64,000 nt of DNA from Lama glama. Taxonomy: Eukaryota. The DNA lies in contig CM052816.1 of assembly GCA_028534125.1 (NCBI GenBank), positions 21,764,001 to 21,828,000 on the forward strand. The letters are read 5' to 3'. Positions 61,175 through 64,000 of the stretch are shown here, piece by piece (the stretch's first letter is position 1; each line of letters begins with the position of its first letter). Made by a program: the position numbers and the translations under genes. The notes beneath the pieces were generated by a model that searched no databases, was not told where the DNA came from, and was given only the letters and a program-made list of their open reading frames with translations.

Positions 61175-62409
61175 GTGCGTATGTTTGGAACCACAGAGCT
61201 GCAAACGTTTTGGTGGTGGAGGGTGTCTGATCCTATTCACTCCTGAGGCAGGAGTCTTCTTTATGTCTTTCCTGACAGTTTGTCATTCTGGAATACCTCT
61301 GGGAATTGGGAGTTTCTTCCTTACTGTGTCCCCAAAGCTTCCTCCTCCATCCTCCTGATGAAGGTAACAGGGATCTTTGAGGAGCACAGAGCTGGAGTTT
61401 GAGACCCACTCCCTACCCTTAATTGGTTTCCAGTGCTGTGGAATCTGATGGGTGAAGCACAAGGAGCAGAGGATTCATAGCTCTAGGAGATTCGAGACAG
61501 GCAGAGCCTGGGAGCCCGTGGACTCTGGCTCCTAGATGAGAGGTGGCACCGAGTGATGTGAAAAGCTTGGAGCTGGGCAGGAGAATGCCGGAGTTCCTTT
61601 GTCTCTGCTGGCAGCTGCTCTCATGACCTTGAGCAAAGCTTCCATCCCTCTCTGGGGCTTTGGATTGACTCACTTGTAGAATAATAAAGTAAGGCTACAT
61701 GGCATTCTTTGGCTGTGCCCCACAACTTATAGCCAAAGCCAGTTATGGTGTCTCGTTTTGTCATTTGTAAAATGGAGGTAATCACATTCTTACCTCTGTG
61801 GTCATTGTTGAAAGGAATAAATGAGATTATACCTATAGAGCATTTAGCACAATGCCTGGCACATAGGAGATGCTTAGGTGAAACTATGACCAGAAAAAGG
61901 CTCTATCACTGAAACCAAGAGCCCCTCTGTCTGATGCAGCTCACCCCAGGGACCTCTCCCGTGTCTCTGGGAAATTGCTAAGGTTTGGGTTGAACATTCT
62001 GAGGTGTTGAGTTTGTCGGGCACATGAACAATGTTGAACCCTCTGGGGGCCCTCTGGGCTGGCGAGCTGAGTTTCCCATGCTTGGAACTGTGCATCACTC
62101 CTGCAGCAGACATGGATGTATCCCCAGTATGTGCCCTGGGCCAGGGACTCTGCTCAGGGAAAGACCCATTCTTAGACAGTTCCCAACCCAATGTGATGGG
62201 CATGAGCCGAGGGCCATGCTGGGTCTGAGTCTCAGGATATAAGTCCTTTTCTGTGGGGAGAGGAGAGAGTGGGAAGCAGAGTCAGGGCAGGATTAATAGT
62301 ACCTGCTAAGTAGAGAGACATTACAGGTGTGAGGCAAGCAGTTCTAACTGAGGGCCCACAGGTGTGGTGGAGGGAGGCTGGAGAAGCAGCGGGGCCTGGG
62401 ACACTGGCA

Positions 62410-62574
62410 CAGGGCAGATTGTCCCACCAGTTAACAAAGCCTAGGCTTCAACCCTCACTTGCAGAGGTCCCTTTGAAGCCTCTACTCTTTGATTTTATAT
62501 TATTTTTCTTAAAGAGGGGGCTTCAGAATTGGAAAAAAATCTCAAAGTCCCACAAACCCCTGGATCTGCTGCTG
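62410..62574. mobile_element. MER53-like hAT MITE fossil
   Basis: agggcagatt...ccctcacttgca...ttcttaaagagggg...cccacaaacccctggatctg resembles recalled MER53. Confidence 0.55.
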
Positions 62575-64000
62575 GTGCCCTGAAACTTGGATGAAACCAC
62601 TCACCTTGCAGGATATCGTGCGTTGCAAGTAAATTAATTCATGTGACACACCTAGTGTTATGCTTGAGCTCAGAGCCCAAGACAGTAGGCAGTTAGTCTG
62701 TGGGAGTCAATTTTTTAAAATTACTGTTATTTTGGAATAGTGTTAGATAGATCAAGGAAAAGGTGTAAGCTTCTGATCCAGAAAGACCTAATTCAAATCC
62801 TGGTTTTCTCACTTCCTAGCTGTGTGGCTTTGGAGGAGCTAAGTGACCTCTCTAATTCTCACCTTCACTGTCTATGAAGTGGAGGTGACGATACCCAGCT
62901 CATGGGGTGTCACAAGGACTAAAGGAGCCAGTGTAGGGAAAGTGCCTGATGTCCAGCCTGGGTTTTAAGCAAAACAGCCCTGTTTGCTTTTCTTTTCTAG
63001 TGAGATGGCTCTGGTTCTGATGGATTGAACAGGTGGAGCAGGGCGAGAGTGTGTGCACAAGCCTCGTCAGGAAGTAGTTTTGATGGAAGGAGGAGGTGGA
63101 TATGAGAGGGATTTACAAGTGAGGGTGGATGAGCCTGACTTCTAGAAGTCCAGGAGGGGACACCAGCAAGGCCATCTCCAAGTTTGGGTCCTGGGGACTG
63201 GGACAGGCTTGGGGAGGAGGATGAGCTTCCTTTGCGGCACATTACATTGTGCAGGGCAAGCCACCTGGTTTCTGTAGCCTTCCGAAGACATTGAGGTTCT
63301 GAGTCAGAACCTCAGTGAAGAGGTCTAACTGGAAACCTGGGCGCAGGAGTGGCTGGTAAAGAGATAAGTGGTGGTCAGCTCGAGGAGCATTGTCAGTGGA
63401 AGTGAGGAAATTGCAGCATTCAAGTGTTGAGCCAAAGGAGGGAGACCCACCTGTTCACCTTGGAAACTCGAAAAGATCGAGGGGAGTCAGGGAGGTGAGC
63501 GGGGGTCCTGGAGGTCGGGACACGCACTCACTGCCCAAGGGGGTGGCCTGCCTGCTGCAGAGGCCTTGGAGGGTGAGGGCTCCTAATGCCGTCTGGGGGC
63601 CTCTGCCAGAGCTGTGAGATGTGCTGGAGGATGGAGAGGCTGCTCTTTGGAGGGGTGGCCTGGGCATGGTTCAAGGGGGTGAATCCGAAGATGCTGCTGA
63701 GAAGAAGGACAGCTGGAGTGAGGACCTAGGGAAGGGGAGCCCCGAGGGGAAGGCAGGTTCCTTCTGAGCAGGAGGACATCTGTTGCTGGGCACCAGGTTG
63801 GCAGGGGTCAGAGCGGGGAGCGGGGCAAATGCTGAGGGGAAAGGACTCAGGGACCAGCAGAGCTTGGGAGGTATCAACCTGCAGTGCACGGTGGCCTCTC
63901 CAGCTGCACAGCGGCTCCATGGGAGCACGGACGTCGTATGTACGAGTAGATCTAGGGGGGCTTGTAGGGTGGGAGAGGGCAGGGCTGAGGGCCTATGCAC

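Noticed and set aside
61175..64000. Further ACSL6 exons (expected GTLKIIDRKK onward)
   Set aside because: Not found in any frame, so the gene continues beyond the window.
1..64000. CRISPR arrays, operons or other prokaryotic systems
   Set aside because: The sequence is clearly mammalian, with spliceosomal introns and LINE, SINE and ERV repeats, and has no repeat-spacer array.

Overview
Mammalian genomic DNA, most likely camelid given two Vic-1-like tRNA-derived SINEs and no recognisable Alu, Bov-A or PRE-1 elements. The window holds the promoter and the first 17 coding exon positions of ACSL6 (long-chain acyl-CoA synthetase 6) on the + strand. The ATG is at 20021, all introns are GT-AG, and the frame stays open for 571 codons through 61174; the 3' exons lie beyond the window. 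Position 11 is a pair of mutually exclusive 78-nt Gate exons (F-gate and Y-gate) only 57 nt apart. Upstream lie old repeats (L2, MLT, L1), a chimeric L1 with two 3' tails, and a 6.1-kb decayed class-I ERV provirus with a 4-bp TSD, whose 3' LTR ends about 950 bp before the ACSL6 ATG. I found no evidence for a wholly new biological system. The best leads are regulatory or splicing features: a 10-bp-periodic array forming tandem DR4 sites plus an ERRE in the promoter, the Gate-exon splicing architecture, an in-frame candidate alternative first exon, a dead orthologue of a human cassette exon, a doubled Gag matrix start in the ERV, and very young L1 insertions. Comparisons with human ACSL6 and with repeat consensus sequences are from memory; no database search was run.
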